NCBI GenBank assembly: GCA_965261825.1
Contig: CBDHED010000004.1
Coordinates: 73,458 to 137,457 of the forward strand
Length of the DNA: 64,000 nucleotides
Source: Dehalococcoidia bacterium
GTDB lineage: Bacteria; Chloroflexota; Dehalococcoidia; Lucifugimonadales; QGNO01
Direction of reading: 5' to 3'
Shown one piece after another: positions 60,522-64,000 of this stretch (within the stretch, counting starts at the first letter, position 1; the number at the start of each line of letters is the position of its first letter). A model generated the notes under the pieces. It saw only the letters and a list, made by a program, of their open reading frames with translations. It ran no database searches and had not been told where the DNA came from. Both the position numbers and the translations under genes were made by a program.

Positions 60522-62040
60522 TCAGTCTCCTATACGGTAGAGTGCACCTCCGCAGTCCCCATGAAACGTAACCTCCTCGTGGTATGTGTAGAACTGGAAA
60601 GTAAAGGGTTCGCCGTATGTCATCTGGACCTCGGTCTCATTGTCGTCGTTGAGGACGATACGACAATTCGTGCGCTCCACCCGGTTGTCACCCTCCCGTC
60701 GATATTCATAAAGTCCTGGTAAAAGCTCCCTTTCTCCATGGCCAATCCAAATACTATAGTAGAGATATATGGTGCGTAATGGGGCATGAAAGATCCCTCT
60801 TGGAAATGCAGGGAAGCAGAACCCGTGTGCCTGCTCAGCACTCAAATGCGGATGGTCAGGGACACTCTCGTTCTGCCTGCTGTAATTGTTCCCCTGTTTG
60901 ATCCACTCAAGCACCAGTGCTTCCCACTCCCGGCAGAAGGTTCGCGGATGGGGCGTCGGAGTCGGTGTCAGCGTTGGTGTTGGTGTCGGTGTTGCCGTAG
61001 GCTCCGGCGTAGCTGTAGGAGTAGCGGTGGGAGTGGCAGTAGGCGAGGGACGCGCTGCTACGCGGGTAGCCTCTAAGGATTCTGCATACCGCCGGGCCTC
61101 CTCTTCGGCCTCAGCAGCCGTGCGGGTGGCCAGCTCCACCGCCCGCCGGTGGGCCTCTATCGCATCTATCGCGCTCTTGGTGGCCTCCAGGTCAGGCGTG
61201 GGGCCTATAGCTGGGAAGGGTGTCGGGGTTGACACAACCTGGCCGCTGGGAGAGACCTGCTCTCCAAGGCCTGCCCTGACTGCGTTGATGGGGATGGCGA
61301 ACCCTATGCCCTCTATATCCCGGCCGCCGCTCTCCTCAAGCCGCGAAACGACAACGCCGATAACCCGGCCAAACATGTCCAGTAGGGGCCCGCCGCTGTT
61401 GCCTGGGTTCAACGATGCGTCCGTCTGCAGGCGGTCGTCTCGCTTGGCGGAGACGATGCCAACGCTGACCGTCGGCTCCCGTCCGAGGGATGTGCCCAGG
61501 GGAAAGCCGATGGCGATAACCTCCGCGCCAACGCGCACCGCATCGGAGTTTCCGACGGCGATCGGTGCGAATGGGCCAGCGGCGTCTATCTGGACATATG
61601 CCAGGTCCACGTCGGATTCCCTGCGGGTGACTTCTCCCTGGTATCTGTCGCCCTCAACCAACCGTAGTGATACCCGCGTACTGCCCTCTACAACGTGGGC
61701 ATTGGTTACCACCAGCCCGCCCTCGTTCACGATGAAACCTGATCCCGTTCCCCCGTTGGACTCGATCTGCACAACGCTTGGCAGGGCGTTCTCCACCACG
61801 TCGGCGATGGATAGGCCGGACGATAGCGGTCGGTCAAAGGCCGTCTGCACTTCCGTACGGGGCACCGGATTAGTGGGAAAGGTTGGGGTTGGTGCAGGCG
61901 TGGCAGTGGGAGTTGGTGCGGGCGTGACAGTGGGGAGCGTTGGGGTTGGCCATGGAGTAGGCGTGGCAGAACCACAGGCCAGTATGGTCAGCAATGTCAG
62001 CGCGGCCCACAGCGGTTGTTATCAGACGCTTGATCTTCAA
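60522..62040 (-). CDS. Trypsin-like (S1C/HtrA-type, no PDZ seen) serine protease lipoprotein; apparent frameshift in the signal peptide
   Basis: GSGF, TNAHVV, DLA, NPGNSGGP; ILAC lipobox; PT repeats; TTG at 62040 with GGAGG SD is one base out of frame. Confidence 0.78.
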
Positions 62041-62067
62041 TACTGCCTCCATGGTGGGTACCACTCC

Positions 62068-62146
62068 TGAGAGTGGACTACACGAACGACATATTAGCAG
62101 ATGATTGCTAAACAATCTGAAAAGGAAGACTCGCCATGAAGCGGTT
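62068..62146. repeat. ~80-bp direct repeat, copy 1
   Basis: Shares CGACATATTAGCAGATGATTGC and AGGAAGACTCGCCA with 63004-63083. Confidence 0.88.
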
Positions 62147-62147
62147 C

Positions 62148-62993
62148 CTATGCCATGCCAAAGGCTTTGCTGAAGAACTCTTTGACGTCTTCGGCAACCG
62201 GTTTGCCCATGGCGTAGGTGGCATGACCCACTCCCTCGTAGGTGTAGAAGGTATGCCTGGCTCCGCATGTTTCCAAAACACCGGCCAGAGCCACGGGGTT
62301 GCCTTGGTAGAGCATGTTTTCGTCCTGGTCACCGTGGAAGAACCCCACCTCCGGGAGGAGGGACGCCGCCGCCTCTCCCCGCTCCAATATCAGCATGCGG
62401 GTCCTGGTCACGGGATCGTTGCCGGCAAGGGAGGCCACGGCCAAGTCGTCGTCCGCCTCTCTGGGAATACCCCAGGCCTCCAGCAGGTCTCCCTTGAACT
62501 TGTGCTCTCGGATGACGCTGTCGAAATTGAGCGTAGCCTGCTGCAATGCCGCGGCGCGAACCTTGCCCAGGAGAGGGCCTGTGACGGCGCTCCACAGGGC
62601 TGAGCCTCCCAGGCCGCCGCCAAGCATCCCAATGCGCTCGGGATCAACGTTGGCATCTTCGATCAGCGAGTTGAACAGGGCGGCGTAAGCAGCAGCCGCG
62701 TCGGGTCTGCCCCAGGCGCTGCCCCTAGCATGCGACCCAGCCACGACGATTCCCGCGTCGACCAGCGTCCTGATAAAGATGCTCCTCCCCTGGTCGTCCA
62801 GGGTATCGGAAGTGGATACGGCGTACTCTCCGTCGCGGACGTAGCCGCTGTTGCCGTGGCACTGGATGACACAGGGCAAGGGCGGGCCGGACGTGGTGTA
62901 AGACGGCGGGGTGCGGAAGAAACACCACTCGCCGCCGGATTTGAAGAAGACGGTCTGCGCGCCGTCCTCCAACTGGGGAAGGGAATCTGCCAT
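62148..62993 (-). CDS. Alpha/beta hydrolase-fold protein (S9-like)
   Basis: CHGNSG, VDPERIGMLG, HGDQD, GVGH. Confidence 0.75.
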   Translation of the reverse strand: MADSLPQLEDGAQTVFFKSGGEWCFFRTPPSYTTSGPPLPCVIQCHGNSGYVRDGEYAVSTSDTLDDQGRSIFIRTLVDAGIVVAGSHARGSAWGRPDAAAAYAALFNSLIEDANVDPERIGMLGGGLGGSALWSAVTGPLLGKVRAAALQQATLNFDSVIREHKFKGDLLEAWGIPREADDDLAVASLAGNDPVTRTRMLILERGEAAASLLPEVGFFHGDQDENMLYQGNPVALAGVLETCGARHTFYTYEGVGHATYAMGKPVAEDVKEFFSKAFGMA

Positions 62994-63003
62994 GCTGCCT
63001 CCT

Positions 63004-63083
63004 TGAGAATGGACTACATGGGCGACATATTAGCAGATGATTGCCAAACAGTCCGAAGCAGGAAGACTCGCCACGAACGGGTT
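63004..63083. repeat. ~80-bp direct repeat, copy 2
   Basis: See copy 1. Confidence 0.88.
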
Positions 63084-63155
63084 GGGCAAAGTCCTCATTG
63101 CACCGGGTTCTCCGGTGTCGTTACATTTCGGCTGTGCTGTGTTGGCGTTCAGGAA

Positions 63156-63593
63156 TCAACCGACTTCCGGGTGGGCGCTCCATGAAGTGAATGGTTGACT
63201 GCCTGCTGGGAGGGTGATTTCCACGACTTGCCCGGGAGTCAGGTCAACCGGGGTGGTCGGGCCTAGCTCGATTCCGTTTGAGAGGTGGACTTCGACTCTG
63301 ACCTTGCTCAGCGTGGCCTCCGTTCCGTTCTCCACCGTACCCTTGAAGGCATTGGCGGTCGAGTCGTATGACAGAACCAGCCGTGCCCCGGCTCGAATCT
63401 CGTCGAAGGTATCGTCGAGGGCGAACTGTTTACCGGATTCTTCACCACCCTCGCCGGACTCCGAGCCTTCGCCACGCTCGCCGGACTCTGAGCCTTCGCT
63501 ATGCTCTCTGGACTCTGAGCCGCTATTACAGCCGGTGAGGGCGAGTACGAGGGCAAGGCCAAGCACCGCGAAGGTTGTTAAGAGGTTGCGCAT
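63156..63593 (-). CDS. Putative lipoprotein with Glu/Ser/Gly-rich linker and Ig-like C-terminal domain
   Basis: AAGGA SD, LTGC lipobox, EGSESGE repeats, GTVEN..VRVEVHL. Confidence 0.7.
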   Translation of the reverse strand: MRNLLTTFAVLGLALVLALTGCNSGSESREHSEGSESGERGEGSESGEGGEESGKQFALDDTFDEIRAGARLVLSYDSTANAFKGTVENGTEATLSKVRVEVHLSNGIELGPTTPVDLTPGQVVEITLPAGSQPFTSWSAHPEVG

Positions 63594-63636
63594 TTCCTTC
63601 CTTCTCCCAGATGGGAATGAACAGAGCAGCATTAGG

Positions 63637-64000
63637 TTACGCCCGGTAGCGGAACCGGCCTTCCACTCTATCACGGTTGAGCCTGCGGTTCAGATGCAGT
63701 CCTTCCAGTATGAACTCCGTACCGGACGCGACCAGCTCCGGGGAGCCGTCCGATTCCAACCGTTTCAACGCATCGCTGAGGCCGTCCAGGCTTCTCCTGG
63801 CCTTGGCGTACTCTTTGGACGGAATCTCGTTGCCCGTTTCCATGACCGCCCCCTCGTCGAACCTGAGGATCAGCGCCTCCAGATCCCTGACGTTGAAGTA
63901 ACGGCTGAACACGTTGAGCACGGCTTTCTTGATGAGGTCTTCTACGATTCTAGGCTCCCTTCCCTCCTCCACGGTCTCCAGCTCTATCTTGCCGCTGGAA
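63637..64000 (-). CDS. Magnesium chelatase-like AAA+ ATPase, C-terminal part; runs off the window
   Basis: GKIELE, EFILEGLH...L.R C-terminal pattern. Confidence 0.7.
   Translation of the reverse strand, partial: SSGKIELETVEEGREPRIVEDLIKKAVLNVFSRYFNVRDLEALILRFDEGAVMETGNEIPSKEYAKARRSLDGLSDALKRLESDGSPELVASGTEFILEGLHLNRRLNRDRVEGRFRYRA

Noticed and set aside
60886..62070. Long antisense ORFs (also 55308-56660, 48083-49129, 58384-59658, 17745-18707)
   Set aside because: Shadow frames of well-supported genes in GC-rich DNA
1..64000. CRISPR array, integron integrase, prophage
   Set aside because: No regularly spaced repeat-spacer array, and no cas, integrase or phage structural genes recognised

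Overview
A GC-rich bacterial chromosome segment. Pro/Thr-rich lipoproteins, several peptide-type ABC systems and the PIN/TRAM-ispD-ispF-cysS gene order suggest Chloroflexota (Dehalococcoidia/SAR202-like); this is inference only. Core content: two Dpp/Opp ABC clusters, three tRNAs (Leu-CAA, Gly-GCC, Phe-GAA), an IscA/ErpA-type protein, trxB, htpX, speD/speE, a sulfate-assimilation operon (sulfite reductase-cysH-cysC-sat), gcvT-H-PA-PB followed by an orphan glmL, MaoC pair-plsX-fabG, ispD/ispF, cysS, secG, gatB and pcm. Accessory patches hold a Doc-type toxin-antitoxin pair, pseudogene debris, REP-like palindromes and tandem PuuE-like deacetylases. The standout is absent from the ORF track: two short Cys-rich ORFs, MSTRICTCSCMK (19674-19712) and MNKPFLSFADTCTCSCMCSCSCLKGGRIRFA (21605-21700). 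They share a CTCSCM core that differs only at synonymous sites, and each is followed by mutually exclusive antiterminator/terminator hairpins directly ahead of the sulfite reductase and cysH genes. This looks like tandem, cysteine-sensing, ribosome-mediated transcription attenuation. Also notable: an alpha/beta hydrolase split by a ~880 bp transposase-free insert, and two single genes bracketed by direct repeats.
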